The notes under the pieces were generated by a model. The model saw nothing but the letters and a program-made list of their open reading frames with translations. It was not told the DNA's origin and made no database searches. Below are positions 20,201 to 31,098 of a stretch of 64,000 nt of DNA, in pieces. The stretch is from positions 8,992,001 to 9,056,000 of the forward strand of contig JASGJH010000001.1 of assembly GCA_047601445.1 (NCBI GenBank), given 5' to 3'. How positions within the stretch are numbered: position 1 is the first letter of the stretch; every line of letters starts with the position of its first letter. Both the position numbers and the translations under genes were made by a program. The stretch is from Myxococcales bacterium. Its GTDB lineage: Bacteria > Myxococcota_A > Polyangia > Polyangiales > DASUME01.

Positions 20201-21872
20201 CAAGATGGCCCAGGGAGCCAAGCCCGGTGAAGGCGGCCAGCTGCCCGGTCACAAGGTCGACGACCTGATCGCGCGCCTGCGTTACTCCACGCCCGGCGTG
20301 GGCCTGATCTCGCCCCCACCGCACCACGACATCTACTCCATCGAGGATCTCGCTCAGCTGATCCACGACCTCAAGTGCTCCAACGACAAGGCGCGCATCA
20401 GCGTGAAGCTGGTGAGCGAAGTGGGCGTGGGCACCATCGCGGCCGGTGTCTCCAAGGCCAAGGCCGACTTGGTCCTCATCGCGGGTGACACGGGCGGCAC
20501 GGGCGCTTCTCCGCTCACCTCCATCAAGCATGCGGGCCTGCCCTGGGAGCTCGGTTTGGCCGAGACCCAGCAGGTGCTCGTGATGAACAACCTGCGCGGT
20601 CGCGTGCGGCTCGAGACCGACGGTGGCGTGCGCACCGGGCGTGACGTGGCCATCGCTGCCCTGCTCGGCGCCGAGGAATTCGGCTTCGCGACCTCCGCAC
20701 TGGTGGCCAGCGGCTGCATCCTGATGCGCGTGTGTCACTTGAACACGTGCCCCGTGGGCGTGGCCACGCAGGACCCCAAGCTGCGCGAGAAATTCTCGGG
20801 CAAGCCCGAGCACGTCATCAACATGATGATGTTCATCGCGGAGGAGCTGCGCGAGATCATGGCGGAGCTCGGCTTCCGCACGGTCGACGAGATGATCGGC
20901 CGCGTGGACATGCTCGAGCGCGAAAAGGAGATCGACCACTGGAAGGCCAAGGAGATCGACCTCAGCGCGATTCTCTACTTGCCGGACGTGGGCCCCGAGG
21001 TCGCCGTGCGCTTCGTGGAGGCGCAGGATCATGCCCTGGGCGCCAAGATCGACAACGCGATGATCGAGCGCTGCAAGACCGCACTCGAGAACAAGCAGCC
21101 CGTGGTGGTGGAGATGCCCATCCGCAACGTGGACCGCACTGCGTGCACCATGTTGTCGGCCGAGGTCTCGCGTAAGTACGGCCTCGAGGGCCTGCCGCAG
21201 GACACCATCAAGCTCAAGTTCCATGGCTCGGCAGGCAACAGCTTCGCCGCGTTCCTGGCGCCCGGCATCTCCATCGAGTTGGAGGGCGACGCGAACGATT
21301 ACTTCGGCAAGGGCCTGTCGGGCGGTCGCATCGCGATCTTCCCGTCCAAGGACAGCTCCTTCATCCCCGAGCAGAACATCATCATCGGCAACGTCTCGCT
21401 GTACGGCGCGACCAGCGGCGAGGTCTACGTCCGCGGCCAGGCTGGCGAACGCTTCGGCGTGCGCAACAGCGGCGCTATCGCCGTCGTCGAGGGCGTGGGC
21501 GACCATGGCTGCGAGTACATGACGCGCGGCACGGTGGTGGTGCTCGGACCCACGGGCCGTAACTTCGCGGCCGGCATGAGCGGCGGCGTGGCCTACGTGC
21601 TCGACAAGGACGGGTTGTTCCGCTCCAACGTCAACACGCAGTCGGTGGAGCTCGAAGCGCTCGACGCCGAGGACCAGCTCACGGTGCGCGCTCTTATCGA
21701 GAAGCACATCGCGGAGACCAAGAGCGAGCACGCCAAGCGCATCCTCGAGAACTTCGAGCGCGAGGCGAAGCACTTCATCAAGGTGATGCCCACCGACTAC
21801 AAGCGTGTGCTTGCCGAGAAGAAACAGAAGCACGTTGTGCCCGTGCTCAAGCTGGCCGCAGCCACCGTTTGA
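17277..21872 (+). CDS. gltB: Glutamate synthase large subunit
   Basis: [62 protein letters not shown] repeats. Confidence 0.99.
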   Translation: MTAPWELIKEASEKGLYRPETEHDACGVGFVANIKGVRSHAIVEQALQVLAHMEHRGGCGCDPLTSDGAGILFQIPFRFMGEEAKRLGFSLPRPGQYGLGMVFLPQDEEKRDECIQLVDRVIRKESQTLLGWRDVPVDVSKAGPLALESLPVIRQLFIKGNEQVDDERELERRLYVVRKRIEQVAREAGLSGPGGGFYICSFSSRTVVYKGLLLPEQMSPFFLDLQDPRVESALAVVHSRFSTNTFPTWERSHPYRMIAHNGEINTLRGNVNWMHAREKALESPLFGDDLDKLTPVIDDNGSDSAMFDNALEFLVQTGRELPHAMMMMIPEAWQKHESMSEEERAFYRYHACLIEPWDGPASMAFTDGRVIGACLDRNGLRPSRFYVTHDDMVIMASEAGVLPVDPKNVKFKNRLQPGRMFLVDTEAGRIIDDRELKQRMAARKPYQAWLKENLLTLEDLPTPVAKRESLFPPASPDRRMSDMQMHGYSMEDLDVLIAPMAQNGEEPTGSMGNDTPLAVLSDRPQVLFQYFKQLFAQVTNPPIDPIREELVMSLKTYLGAHANLFAETPAHSRLIELDHPVLTNEELEKLRGLEDEENNNGSVKDFRSATLNATFRADKHGDGLARALDKLCRDASDAIEDGVSVIILSDRAANEKMAPIPSLLAVSAVHHHLMRVGTRTKCGLVVESGEPREVHHFALLVGYGASAVNPYLAYEAIDQLIEQGTVKLPRDKAIYNYRKAVGKGLLKVMSKMGISTLQSYQGAQIFEAIGLKKDFVDRYFTWTPTRIEGVGLEVIAEESRRRHHYAFQVRLHLFDPLDPGGQYKWRRRGERHQYNPETVPALQHAVRAGSYKMWKKYSDLVHEENQRLFTIRGLLTFKEGESVPLAEVEPATEIVKRFKTGAMSFGSISKEAHENLAIAMNRLGGRSNTGEGGEDPSRYIPDANGDSRRSAIKQVASGRFGVTSHYLVNADELQIKMAQGAKPGEGGQLPGHKVDDLIARLRYSTPGVGLISPPPHHDIYSIEDLAQLIHDLKCSNDKARISVKLVSEVGVGTIAAGVSKAKADLVLIAGDTGGTGASPLTSIKHAGLPWELGLAETQQVLVMNNLRGRVRLETDGGVRTGRDVAIAALLGAEEFGFATSALVASGCILMRVCHLNTCPVGVATQDPKLREKFSGKPEHVINMMMFIAEELREIMAELGFRTVDEMIGRVDMLEREKEIDHWKAKEIDLSAILYLPDVGPEVAVRFVEAQDHALGAKIDNAMIERCKTALENKQPVVVEMPIRNVDRTACTMLSAEVSRKYGLEGLPQDTIKLKFHGSAGNSFAAFLAPGISIELEGDANDYFGKGLSGGRIAIFPSKDSSFIPEQNIIIGNVSLYGATSGEVYVRGQAGERFGVRNSGAIAVVEGVGDHGCEYMTRGTVVVLGPTGRNFAAGMSGGVAYVLDKDGLFRSNVNTQSVELEALDAEDQLTVRALIEKHIAETKSEHAKRILENFEREAKHFIKVMPTDYKRVLAEKKQKHVVPVLKLAAATV

Positions 21873-21887
21873 TGAGGACGAAGAACC

Positions 21888-23354
21888 ATGGGTAAGCTCA
21901 GAGGCTTTCTAGAGTACGAGCGCAAGGTTCCGAAGCGCCTGCCGATCGCAGAGCGTCTCACCAACTGGAGCGAGTTCGAGAAGAAGCTGGACGACGGCGA
22001 GCTCGCCAAGCAGGGCGGGCGCTGCATGGACTGCGGCATCCCGTTCTGTCACAAGGGCTGTCCGCTCGGGAACATCATCCCGGACTGGAACCACTTCACG
22101 TACCTGGGGAAGCCGGAGGAGGCCATCGACCGCCTCCACTCGACCAACAACTTCCCCGAGTTCACGGGGCGCGTGTGCCCTGCGCCTTGCGAGGAAGCCT
22201 GCGTCCTCAACATCAACGACAACCCGGTCACCATCAAGCTCATCGAGAAGCAGACCGCAGACAAAGGCTTCAGCCTGGGCCTCGTGAAGCCCGAGCCGCC
22301 CGAGTTCAAGACTGGTAAGACCGTGGCCGTGGTGGGCTCCGGACCCGCTGGCCTCGCGGCAGCTCAGCAGCTGGCGCGCGCGGGTCACGACGTCACGGTG
22401 TTCGAGCGCGCGGACCGCATCGGCGGCCTCCTGCGCTACGGCATCCCGGACTTCAAGATGGAGAAGGATCTCATCGATCGCCGCCTCGCGCAGATGGTCG
22501 AGGAGGGCGTGACCTTCAAGACGAGCGTCAACGTGGGCGTGGACATCACGGCGGCAGAGCTGCGCGAGCAGTTCGACGCGGTCGTGTTGGCCGGCGGCGC
22601 CACGCAGGCGCGCGAACTGCCCGTCGAGGGACGTGAGCTCAAGGGAGTCCATCTCGCGATGGAGTTCCTCACGCAGCAGAACCAGGTGGTCGCCGGTGAC
22701 AGCCTGCCCGACCAGATCAAGGCCACTGGCAAGCGCGTGGTCATCCTGGGGGGTGGCGACACTGGCTCCGACTGCCTCGGCACCTCGCACCGACACGGTG
22801 CCGCTCACGTCGCGCAGTACGAACTCATGGAGTGCCCGCCCGACCAGGAGAACAAGCCCCTGGTGTGGCCGAACTGGCCCATCAAGCTGCGCACCTCGAG
22901 CTCCCAGGAAGAGGGTGGTGATCGCGACTACGCCATCTTGACCAAGGGCTTCAGCGGCGACGCCGAGGGCAACGTCAAGAAGCTGCACGGAGTTCGCGTG
23001 CAGTGGATCACCGACGCCGATGGTCGCAGCAAGATGAGCGAAGTACCCGGTTCCGAGTTCGAAGAGGACGTGGACTTGGTATTGCTCGCGATGGGTTTCA
23101 CGGGTCCCGAAAAGGGAGCGCTGATCAAGGACCTCAAGCTCGAGCTCGATGAGCGCGGCAACGTCAAGGCCGACGAGAGCTACGAGACGAGCGTCGAGGG
23201 CGTGTTCGCCTGTGGAGACTTGCGGCGCGGTCAGTCGCTCGTAGTTTGGGCTATCTGGGAAGGCCGCGAAGCCGCCCGCGGTGTCGACGCGTTCCTGCGT
23301 GGTCACACGGATCTGCCTGGAAGTCCTCTGATGGCCGGCGGCCGCTCGCGCTGA
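21888..23354 (+). CDS. gltD: Glutamate synthase small subunit
   Basis: [45 protein letters not shown]. Confidence 0.98.
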   Translation: MGKLRGFLEYERKVPKRLPIAERLTNWSEFEKKLDDGELAKQGGRCMDCGIPFCHKGCPLGNIIPDWNHFTYLGKPEEAIDRLHSTNNFPEFTGRVCPAPCEEACVLNINDNPVTIKLIEKQTADKGFSLGLVKPEPPEFKTGKTVAVVGSGPAGLAAAQQLARAGHDVTVFERADRIGGLLRYGIPDFKMEKDLIDRRLAQMVEEGVTFKTSVNVGVDITAAELREQFDAVVLAGGATQARELPVEGRELKGVHLAMEFLTQQNQVVAGDSLPDQIKATGKRVVILGGGDTGSDCLGTSHRHGAAHVAQYELMECPPDQENKPLVWPNWPIKLRTSSSQEEGGDRDYAILTKGFSGDAEGNVKKLHGVRVQWITDADGRSKMSEVPGSEFEEDVDLVLLAMGFTGPEKGALIKDLKLELDERGNVKADESYETSVEGVFACGDLRRGQSLVVWAIWEGREAARGVDAFLRGHTDLPGSPLMAGGRSR

Positions 23355-23478
23355 TCGCTTCGGCGCACATCATCGAGTCCACCGCGAAACCATTCCTCAC
23401 GCGCGCCGATCGCGGCGTGCGTGAGATCCCGTTCGCGCACGGGGAAGGGCGTCTGTTACGATCACGTAAAGACCGCCG

Positions 23479-23850
23479 ATGGAACTCGCCATCTCCACGA
23501 CTCCGGAACAAGCAGTCGACCATCAAGCGCTGGATAATCTCAAGGCAATCGGCGGCGACGACCCGGCGTTCGTGAGCGAGATGATCGAGCTCTTCCTCGA
23601 GCAGGCCCCGCGCCATCTCGACACGATTCGGTCCGCGCTGGCGGCTGGGGATGCGCTAGCGATCACAAAGGCCGCGCACCACGTGAAGTCGTCCAGCTTC
23701 TATCTGGGAGCAAGGCGTCTCTCCGCGCTGTGTGCTCAAACGGAGACACTCGCGCGCACTGGAAACGCCATCGCCGTGACCGAGCTGATCACGGCGATGA
23801 TGGTGGAGTTCGAGATGGTTCGGCGCGCTCTGCGGGCTCAGGACGCCTGA
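23479..23850 (+). CDS. Stand-alone Hpt (histidine phosphotransfer) domain protein
   Basis: AAHHVKSSSFYLGARRLSALC. Confidence 0.9.
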   Translation: MELAISTTPEQAVDHQALDNLKAIGGDDPAFVSEMIELFLEQAPRHLDTIRSALAAGDALAITKAAHHVKSSSFYLGARRLSALCAQTETLARTGNAIAVTELITAMMVEFEMVRRALRAQDA

Positions 23851-23885
23851 CGGGTGTCCGAGAAACAGACGCCTGACGGGCGTCC
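23842..23885. repeat. Tandem 18-bp palindromic direct repeat between convergent genes
   Basis: GACGCCTGACGGGTGTCC (23842-23859) and GACGCCTGACGGGCGTCC (23868-23885). Confidence 0.75.
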
Positions 23886-23900
23886 TCCAAAGCGGTGCGC

Positions 23901-24815
23901 TCAGGTACCGGTGGCTGCAGAAGCGTCAGCAGTGATGGCCGGGTTCACCACGGGGTTCTGCGCATTGGTGTAGTCGTAGATGCCGCGGCCGGCCTTGCGA
24001 CCGAGGTGTCCTGCGAGCACCAGGCGGCGCAGCAGGGCCGGCGAGCGGTAGCGCTGGTCGCGGAGCTCGGTCTGCATGGTCTTGGCCATGGCGAGCACCA
24101 CGTCGAGGCCGATGAGGTCGGCCAGGGACAGCGGACCCATCGGGTGGCCACAGCCGAGCTTCATCGCAGTGTCGATGGCATCGGGGCTCGCTACGCCCTC
24201 CTCGAGGGTCTCGATGGCGTGCAGCATGTACGGAACCAGCAAGCGATTGACGACGTAGCCGGGCAGGTCCTGGATCAGGACGGGCGTCTTCTCGATCTGG
24301 GTGCAGAAATCGGTCGCGAGCTTGGTGACGGCGGCGTCGGTGGTGGGCACCGGGCTGACCTCCACGAGCTTCATCGCGGGCACGGGGTTGAAGAAGTGCA
24401 AGCCCAGGAAGCGCTCCGGGCGCTTGAGGAAGGCGGCCAGGTCGCGCAGGCGCAGCGACGAGGTGTTGGTGGTGAGCACGGCATTCTCACCCAAGTGCGC
24501 TTCCACCTTGGCGAGTACGTCGCCCTTGAGCGCGAGATCCTCGACGCAGGACTCCACCACCAGTTCAGCCGACGCGATGTCCGCCAGGTCCTGGGAGAAG
24601 CGGATGCGACCCATGATCGCGTCACGCGCTTCGGCGCTCAGCTTGCCGCGCTCGACGCGACGATCGAGGCCCTTCTGAATGGTGCGGCGCGGGGCGTCGA
24701 GGTCGCCTGCGGTGAGCTTGATGCCTACAACTTGCACACCGGAGGTCGCGGCACTCTCCATGATCCCGAGGCCCATTTGCCCGCATCCGATCACTGCAAT
24801 CTTCTCGATGGCCAT
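23901..24815 (-). CDS. 3-hydroxybutyryl-CoA / 3-hydroxyacyl-CoA dehydrogenase
   Basis: GCGQMG, TNTSSL, GLHFFNP, HPMGPLSLADLIGLD. Confidence 0.95.
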   Translation of the reverse strand: MAIEKIAVIGCGQMGLGIMESAATSGVQVVGIKLTAGDLDAPRRTIQKGLDRRVERGKLSAEARDAIMGRIRFSQDLADIASAELVVESCVEDLALKGDVLAKVEAHLGENAVLTTNTSSLRLRDLAAFLKRPERFLGLHFFNPVPAMKLVEVSPVPTTDAAVTKLATDFCTQIEKTPVLIQDLPGYVVNRLLVPYMLHAIETLEEGVASPDAIDTAMKLGCGHPMGPLSLADLIGLDVVLAMAKTMQTELRDQRYRSPALLRRLVLAGHLGRKAGRGIYDYTNAQNPVVNPAITADASAATGT

Positions 24816-25063
24816 GCGCTTCTCCCGTGTCGGCGACGTCGACTTTACACGTTCACCGCGATTGGGATGTAACGTGGTTGATCCGTCGGGTCAAGGGGCT
24901 GAAACCGCGCAAATCACGGGCCAATCTACAGGAATCGGGTGCGAACGGGGGCTTTACAAGTCAACGGGTCTGTAAACTCGGGCACTTTGGGGTGCCAATG
25001 TGGGCGGATCGGGCGAGTTCAGTGGCGGGGCTCACGAGAAGAGCGCAGTCGGGACCTTGCCGA

Positions 25064-26056
25064 CTACCAGGACAGCACCAACTTCCCGATCACCTCGTCG
25101 GCTTCGAGCCGACGGTGGGCCTCTCGAATTTCTGTCATCGGCATCACCTCGGCGATCACGGGCTTGAGCAGGCCGCGCTCGAACAGCGGCACCACGGAGC
25201 GCGCAAAGGCCTGGGCCAAGGCCGCCTTCTCTTCGAGCGGGCGACTGCGCAGCACGCTTCCACGCAGGCTCACGCGCTTGGCGACCACCAGGCCGAGCGG
25301 CAGCTCCGCCTTCACGCCTCCCAGGAGACCGATCGTCACGATGCGTCCACCGTTGGCCGCGGCCTTCACGTTCTCCGCCAGGTACTTCGCGCCCACGGTG
25401 TCGAGGATGACGTCGGCCAGCGCGCCCTGGGTAGCACCCTTGAGCTGCTCGGCGAAGCCCTGCTCATTCGGAACGATACCGTGCTCCAGACCGAGCTCCT
25501 TCACGCGCTCGAGCTTCTCCTGGCTGCGCGAGGTGCCGATCGGCAGCGCCCCTACCGCCAAGGCCAGCTGCAGCGCCGCGGTTCCCACTCCGCTGGCGAC
25601 GGCGTGGATCAGCACGCGTTCGCCCATCACCAGGCCCGCCTGCAAGAACATGGCGTCGTAGGCCGTCATGAACACTTCGGGGATGGCTGCCGCATCCACC
25701 AGGCTCACGCCGCGTGGGACTCTCACGAGCTCACGCTCGTGCATCACCAGGTGGGTGGCCATGGCGCCGCCAGCACAGATGCCCATCACCTCGTCGCCCA
25801 GCTTGAAGCCGCGAACGTCGGCGCCGATTTTGGCGACCTTGCCGGAGAACTCGAGGCCCGGCACATCGGGCACCGTGCCAGCAGGCGCCGGATAGACACC
25901 CTTCCGCTGCAGGGCATCGGCGCGGTTGAGGCCGGAGGCGGCGATTTGCACGAGCACCTCCTGGGCACCCGGGTCGCGTACTTGGATCTCGCCGAGACTC
26001 AGGACCTCGGGACCTCCGGCTTGCGTGATTCGAACGGCGCGGCTGAGCGTGGACAT
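25064..26056 (-). CDS. NAD(P)H-quinone oxidoreductase (PIG3/MDR family)
   Basis: GLNRADALQRKGVYP, PGLEFSG, HAVASGVG, GSVLRSR. Confidence 0.93.
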   Translation of the reverse strand: MSTLSRAVRITQAGGPEVLSLGEIQVRDPGAQEVLVQIAASGLNRADALQRKGVYPAPAGTVPDVPGLEFSGKVAKIGADVRGFKLGDEVMGICAGGAMATHLVMHERELVRVPRGVSLVDAAAIPEVFMTAYDAMFLQAGLVMGERVLIHAVASGVGTAALQLALAVGALPIGTSRSQEKLERVKELGLEHGIVPNEQGFAEQLKGATQGALADVILDTVGAKYLAENVKAAANGGRIVTIGLLGGVKAELPLGLVVAKRVSLRGSVLRSRPLEEKAALAQAFARSVVPLFERGLLKPVIAEVMPMTEIREAHRRLEADEVIGKLVLSW

Positions 26057-26120
26057 GGCCCGAGCGTAGAGCCGTGCTGCGGCCGGGCAAGTCCGCGCCA
26101 GCCCGACCGTGCCTGAAAGT

Positions 26121-26915
26121 TCAGGAGAGCTGACTGTTCGGCAGTCCACGCACGCGCGACAGCATGCGCTGGAGCGCGTCGTTGCTGCAGGGCAGCTCCA
26201 TCATGCTGTGGACCTCGCCGCTGGCCTCCGAGAGCCAGTGCTGGCCGAGTCCGTCGCCGTCGCCGATCAACACCCGCCGCACGTGCGGATGGTGCTGCAT
26301 CAAGAACTCCACCAGCTCGAAGCTCGGCAACTGCAAGGACTCCGCTTCGATCAGCGCAAAGTCCACGCGCTCGCCTTGCTCCACCAGGACTTGCACCGCG
26401 TCGAGCGGAGTGGCCACGGCCACCGAGGGTTGACCGAGTGCCTTGAGCTGCTGCATCAAGTTCCGGCGCGTCGCTTCGTTCGGTTCGATCACGAGCGCGA
26501 CATGCCCCTCCGCCTGCGCACGCAGGGTCGCGAAGGCTTCTACCACCAGATCCTGAATGCAATCCTCGGCGCGCGGCGTGGCGTGCTCGAAGCTGAGGCC
26601 CATGGTGGCTCCATCGACGCGCCTCACGACCGCCGTGATGCCCACGCTGTTGTGGCGCGGCAAATGCAACAACAGCTCGACCTGTTCGCCCACGGCGCGC
26701 CCGTCACCACCGCCGTCCAGCAAGCAGCCGCTGATGGAGAGGTCGCGCACGCCGTAGTAGCCGCACAGCCGGCCTTTGTGCCAGACGCCCGCATGCGCTG
26801 GGATCTGCACGCGGAATGAGTGGCGTCGTTCGGGGAAGAAGGTTGGGAGCGTCGTGTCTGCGCCGGGCCTGTGATGAGCAGAATCCGAGTCGTTTCCCAT
26901 ATGTGCTCGACCCAT
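26121..26915 (-). CDS. PilZ domain + atypical receiver-like domain protein
   Basis: RHSFR (RxxxR) and DLSISG c-di-GMP motifs; C-terminal CheY-like fold without the canonical Asp residues. Confidence 0.8.
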   Translation of the reverse strand: MGRAHMGNDSDSAHHRPGADTTLPTFFPERRHSFRVQIPAHAGVWHKGRLCGYYGVRDLSISGCLLDGGGDGRAVGEQVELLLHLPRHNSVGITAVVRRVDGATMGLSFEHATPRAEDCIQDLVVEAFATLRAQAEGHVALVIEPNEATRRNLMQQLKALGQPSVAVATPLDAVQVLVEQGERVDFALIEAESLQLPSFELVEFLMQHHPHVRRVLIGDGDGLGQHWLSEASGEVHSMMELPCSNDALQRMLSRVRGLPNSQLS

Positions 26916-27170
26916 GACGCAACCCCCTACGTCTGAAAACGGGGCGAACCTCCGTTGAGGCGGCCCGCGAGCGAAACACGGCCTCTGTCTGGCCCGCGCA
27001 AGTGCTTCGCTGCGAGCCTATGGGGACCATAACGACTTCGCTCCCGGCAACAAAGCGCGAAAAGCAGAGCCCACCATGTTGTCTTCGCCCACATGCCCCA
27101 AAGAGGACACGTGACGAAGTGTGCGCTCACGCGAAATCCTAGGGAAATCTACGGCCGAAGCGCGATCGAT

Positions 27171-27464
27171 TCATTCCGACTGGTAGTCGACGACATGGGA
27201 CTTTTCGAGCACGCCCGCGAGGAATCGTTTGACCTCGACGTGGACCGGATGGTCGGCGTACTCGTTCAAGCCCGCGAGGTCATCGAAACGTGTGATCAAA
27301 GCGAGCTCGAAGGCGCGCTCCGAGGGCACGCAGTTGAGTCCCACCTCGATGGAGCGCAAGCATTCGACGCGACCTCGCATGTCGAGCAAGAGTTCGCGCG
27401 CGCGCTCCAGGTTGGAGCGCTGGTTCTCGGGCTTGAACTTCATCAGCACCACGTGCGTGAGCAT
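27171..27464 (-). CDS. Dabb-family (stress-responsive A/B barrel) protein
   Basis: MLTHVVLMKFK...YADHPVH...VVDY. Confidence 0.9.
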   Translation of the reverse strand: MLTHVVLMKFKPENQRSNLERARELLLDMRGRVECLRSIEVGLNCVPSERAFELALITRFDDLAGLNEYADHPVHVEVKRFLAGVLEKSHVVDYQSE

Positions 27465-27508
27465 GGACGTTCCTTGTTTTGGCTCGCGGGCGCACGCGCC
27501 CGCTTCGA

Positions 27509-28387
27509 CTAGCGTGATGGCTTGCGGGCGACGAGCACGTGCTCGTCCGGCATGCCCCACCAACGCAGCGGGTGCGTCACGGCGAAGTCTGCTGCCACGT
27601 CTGCTGGCAACTGATCGAAGCTGACCTCGAAGCCGTGGTGCGCGAAGCGGCGCGCCATCTCGGGCGGCGTACTCGAGCTGCGCACGGGTTCGGAGATTAC
27701 GGCCAGGGCCGCGAGGCCGAAGTGCCCGAGCACGCTACCGCTGGCGATGATCTTCGGCGTGACATAAGTGGCGATGACGGTGCTACCGGGCGCGCTGAGG
27801 CGCGCGATGCGCTCGAGGCTGCCTTCTACCGCGGACTCGTCGAGGTACATGGTCACGCCCTCCCAGATCCAGATCGACGGCTGACCGGGCTCGAAGCCCT
27901 GCGCGAGCAACGCTTGCTCGAGCGACACTTTCTCGAAGTCACAGGGCGCGTAGCGCAGGTCCTTGGCCAACACCGGCAGCCCGGCGGCCTTGCGAATCTT
28001 CAGCGTCTGCGTGCTCGGATGGTCGACCTCGAACACGGTGGCGTCGCGCAAGTCCTGGATGCGATGCGCGCGCGCGTCGAGCCCTGCGCCGAGCAAGACC
28101 ACCTGTCGGACGCCCGAGGCCAGCGCGCTGCGGAGCGCGCGATCGATGACGCCCGTGCGCAAGGCCAGGTGATCGATCAAGCCCAGCGTGAGTCGACGCA
28201 GGTCACGGAAGCGTTGCGGCGCGCGCGGGGCCAGGCGGGCTGCGCGCAGCACGTTGCTCCAGGGCTTGGGCACGATGCGTTCGGCGATGGGGTCCTGGCA
28301 GGCCCTGGAGAGCTCCGGTTCGTGGGTGCCCACCGCGCGCGCGTAGGCGACGAACATGGCGGTGACGCTGGGGGTGTCTTCACGCAT
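27509..28387 (-). CDS. Class I SAM-dependent methyltransferase (LCM/Omt-like)
   Basis: QVVLLGAGLDARAHR, VFEVDHP, IWEGVTMYL. Confidence 0.92.
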   Translation of the reverse strand: MREDTPSVTAMFVAYARAVGTHEPELSRACQDPIAERIVPKPWSNVLRAARLAPRAPQRFRDLRRLTLGLIDHLALRTGVIDRALRSALASGVRQVVLLGAGLDARAHRIQDLRDATVFEVDHPSTQTLKIRKAAGLPVLAKDLRYAPCDFEKVSLEQALLAQGFEPGQPSIWIWEGVTMYLDESAVEGSLERIARLSAPGSTVIATYVTPKIIASGSVLGHFGLAALAVISEPVRSSSTPPEMARRFAHHGFEVSFDQLPADVAADFAVTHPLRWWGMPDEHVLVARKPSR

Positions 28388-28390
28388 GAA

Positions 28391-28879
28391 TCAGATGTTT
28401 TCCCAGCGCGGGTCGCTGGCACGGGACTGCTTGAGGAAGCGCCGCAGGTCGCTCATGGAGGTCACGCCGCGGGAGGCGCCGTAGGAGAGCACGCGCGGGC
28501 CGCCCTTCATCAGCAGACCCACGTACCCGCGCAAGAACAGCTTGGGGAAGCTGGCCAGGATGCGCAGGCCCACCTGCAGCTCCGGATCCTCCGAGACGAT
28601 GCAGTCGAACAGTGTGACCGCGAAGTCCGCGAGGTCGGAGCCCTGTACGGTGGCCAGGCGCTCGATGGCCTTGGGTGTGAAGTAGAAGGCGAAGTCCGGA
28701 TCCTTGGCCTGACCGGGCAAGAGGAGGCTCTTGCCGTCCTTCCGGATCATGTAGAAATCGCCCTTCAAGTGAGAAAAACTCACGCGGCTCTGGGCGCCCT
28801 CCTTGATGTGAGTGGCGGCATCGAGCCAGGCAGGGTGCGAGAGAAACAGGTCGCGCAGCTGGGCGATATGCGGATCCAT
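28391..28879 (-). CDS. Hypothetical protein (possibly SCP2-like fold)
   Basis: GC3-biased ORF co-oriented with the methyltransferase; PDFAFYFTP motif; fold is a guess. Confidence 0.7.
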   Translation of the reverse strand: MDPHIAQLRDLFLSHPAWLDAATHIKEGAQSRVSFSHLKGDFYMIRKDGKSLLLPGQAKDPDFAFYFTPKAIERLATVQGSDLADFAVTLFDCIVSEDPELQVGLRILASFPKLFLRGYVGLLMKGGPRVLSYGASRGVTSMSDLRRFLKQSRASDPRWENI

Positions 28880-28909
28880 GGCGTGGGCGCACTATACTGA
28901 GGGAAGCCC

Positions 28910-29998
28910 ATGTCGTCTCGCTTCGGACAAGTCTTCAGTCTCACGACCTTCGGTGAATCTCACGGGGGCGGGGTCGGCGTCGTCGTCGACGGTTGCCCCG
29001 CAGGCCACGCGCTCGATGTCGCCGCCATCCAAGCCCAGCTGAACCGCCGGCGGCCCGGCCAGAGTGCGCTGACGTCGCCGCGCGACGAGAAGGACCAGGT
29101 CGAAGTGTTGAGCGGGCTCGACCCCGACACCGGCAAGACCCTCGGCACGCCGATCGCCTTCCTGGTGCGCAACGAGAACCAGAAGAGCAAGGACTACGGA
29201 AATCTCGCCAATCTGTACCGCCCCTCACATGCCGACTACACCTACGAGGCCAAGTACGGCCTCCGCGCGGTGGCCGGCGGCGGGCGGGCGTCGGCGCGCG
29301 AGACCATCGGACGAGTGGCCGCCGGGGCGCTGGCCGAGCAGCTCCTGGCCGTGCTGTGCGGCACGGAGATCGTGGCCTGGGTCGAGCGCGTCGCGGACGT
29401 AGCGGCCGGGGAAATCGACGAAGACACCGTCAGCCGCTCCCTGGTGGACCGCAACGACGTGCGTTGCCCGGACGAACAAGCGGCCGAGGCGATGACCCGG
29501 GCCATCGAGGATGCGCGTCGCGACCGCGACAGCGTGGGCGGCGTGGTCCGCTGCGTGGTGCGCAAGGTGCCGCCGGGGCTCGGTGAGCCCGTCTTCGACA
29601 AGCTCACCGCGGACCTGGCCAAGGCCATGTTGAGCTTGCCCGCCACCCGCGGCTTCGAGGTGGGTGAGGGCTTCGCCTCCACGCGCCTGCGCGGCTCCCA
29701 GCACAACGACCCCTTCTACCGAGAGGGGGGCAAGGTTCGCACGCGCACCAACCACAGCGGCGGCATCCAGGGCGGCATCAGCAACGGTGAGGACATCCGC
29801 TTTGCCGTGGCCTTCAAGCCGGTGGCCACCATCTTCCTTCCGCAGGAGACGGTGACGCGCGAAGGGGAGTCCGTGACCTTCCAAGCCAAGGGGCGCCATG
29901 ACCCGTGCGTGCTGCCGCGGGCGGTGCCGATGGTGGAGGCGATGGCAGCCCTGACGCTCATCGACCACGTGCTGCGCCAGCGCGTTGCCAAGCTGTGA
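28910..29998 (+). CDS. aroC: Chorismate synthase
   Basis: [48 protein letters not shown]. Confidence 0.98.
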   Translation: MSSRFGQVFSLTTFGESHGGGVGVVVDGCPAGHALDVAAIQAQLNRRRPGQSALTSPRDEKDQVEVLSGLDPDTGKTLGTPIAFLVRNENQKSKDYGNLANLYRPSHADYTYEAKYGLRAVAGGGRASARETIGRVAAGALAEQLLAVLCGTEIVAWVERVADVAAGEIDEDTVSRSLVDRNDVRCPDEQAAEAMTRAIEDARRDRDSVGGVVRCVVRKVPPGLGEPVFDKLTADLAKAMLSLPATRGFEVGEGFASTRLRGSQHNDPFYREGGKVRTRTNHSGGIQGGISNGEDIRFAVAFKPVATIFLPQETVTREGESVTFQAKGRHDPCVLPRAVPMVEAMAALTLIDHVLRQRVAKL

Positions 29999-30002
29999 TC
30001 GA

Positions 30003-30848
30003 TTAGTTGGAGAACAGCGAGCGCTCAGCCGGGATGACGCGCGTGATCACGTTGTGGGCGGCGAAGGGCACGGGCTGACGCAGGACGAGGCGCATGAACG
30101 CGCGCGAGAGCATGACCCAGCCTCGCGTGTGCTCCTGTTGAGGGGAGAGCTTGCGTTCGGACAGGACCAGCTCGGCTAGCTCCGTGCCCGGGACCTCCGC
30201 AGGCGCGCCGAGCACGCGGCTCAGCCAGCGCATCGCTGCGGCGCGTTTCTCTTCGCCCGTGATCACCATCACGTTGCGGGCAGAGGCCGAGAAGCAGATC
30301 CCGGGATCGTAGGTCGCCACGTCGACGCCGAGCGGCCCGTACTCGGTGCGCGCGATGGCCGTGAAGGCGGAGATCCAGGCCTTGGAGGCCAGCTGCAAGC
30401 TGGAGTAGGGGACATGGGCGCGCGCGCCCTTGCCCACGATGTTCACGAGCTTGCCAGCGCGCTGCTTCTCGAGCTGGCGCAGCGCGCACACGCTGCAGTA
30501 GTAGGTGCCGAGCACGTCGGTGGCTAAAAGGCGCCGGCCACGCGCGATGGGGACGTCCGCGGTCTTGCCGAAGACGCCTTCGGCGGCTGCGTTGTTGATG
30601 AACACGTCGATGCGGCCGTAGCGCTTGACGGCGAAGGAGATCAGCTGTTCCACGTCGGTGGGATTGGTCACGTCGCACTTCACGCCCGAGAGCGCGTCGC
30701 GGGGGCCGAGAGAGCGCTCGGCCGAGCGGACGTCCGAGAGGTCCTCGGAGCAGATCACCACGTTGGCTCCAGCCTCCAGGCACGCGCGGGCGGTCGCCAG
30801 GCCAAAACCGCGGGTGCCCCCTGTAATCACGACGTTCTTCTGCAGCAT
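30003..30848 (-). CDS. Short-chain dehydrogenase/reductase (atypical, no YxxxK)
   Basis: ITGGTRGFG, CDVT, IDVFINNAA; QLASK at the YxxxK position. Confidence 0.85.
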   Translation of the reverse strand: MLQKNVVITGGTRGFGLATARACLEAGANVVICSEDLSDVRSAERSLGPRDALSGVKCDVTNPTDVEQLISFAVKRYGRIDVFINNAAAEGVFGKTADVPIARGRRLLATDVLGTYYCSVCALRQLEKQRAGKLVNIVGKGARAHVPYSSLQLASKAWISAFTAIARTEYGPLGVDVATYDPGICFSASARNVMVITGEEKRAAAMRWLSRVLGAPAEVPGTELAELVLSERKLSPQQEHTRGWVMLSRAFMRLVLRQPVPFAAHNVITRVIPAERSLFSN

Positions 30849-31098
30849 CCTTTCAGCGTTGGCCGCCTCGAGCGCGGTCGCAAGCATCTGTACAGCAACG
30901 GCACAGCTGTGGCGCCGAGCGCCCCGATTCCTGCGCACGAAAGCCGGACGATGTCGCCCGCAACGAACACTGAAGCGAGCGCTCGACCCGTCCCCGTCCG
31001 GGGTTCACCGCGTCCCATTGCTTGCGGGCTGGGCGTCGTGCACGATGCGTTCGTATGCGTGCGCGCGAAAACGGCGCGCGGTCACAGGGGGGCCGGAG

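Noticed and set aside
17148..21833. 1561-aa antisense ORF over gltB, and similar long antisense ORFs over gltD, thrS and ilvB
   Set aside because: Shadow ORFs caused by high GC3 codon bias; no recognisable motifs
23842..23885. Mini CRISPR array
   Set aside because: Only two 18-bp units with an 8-bp gap and no cas genes
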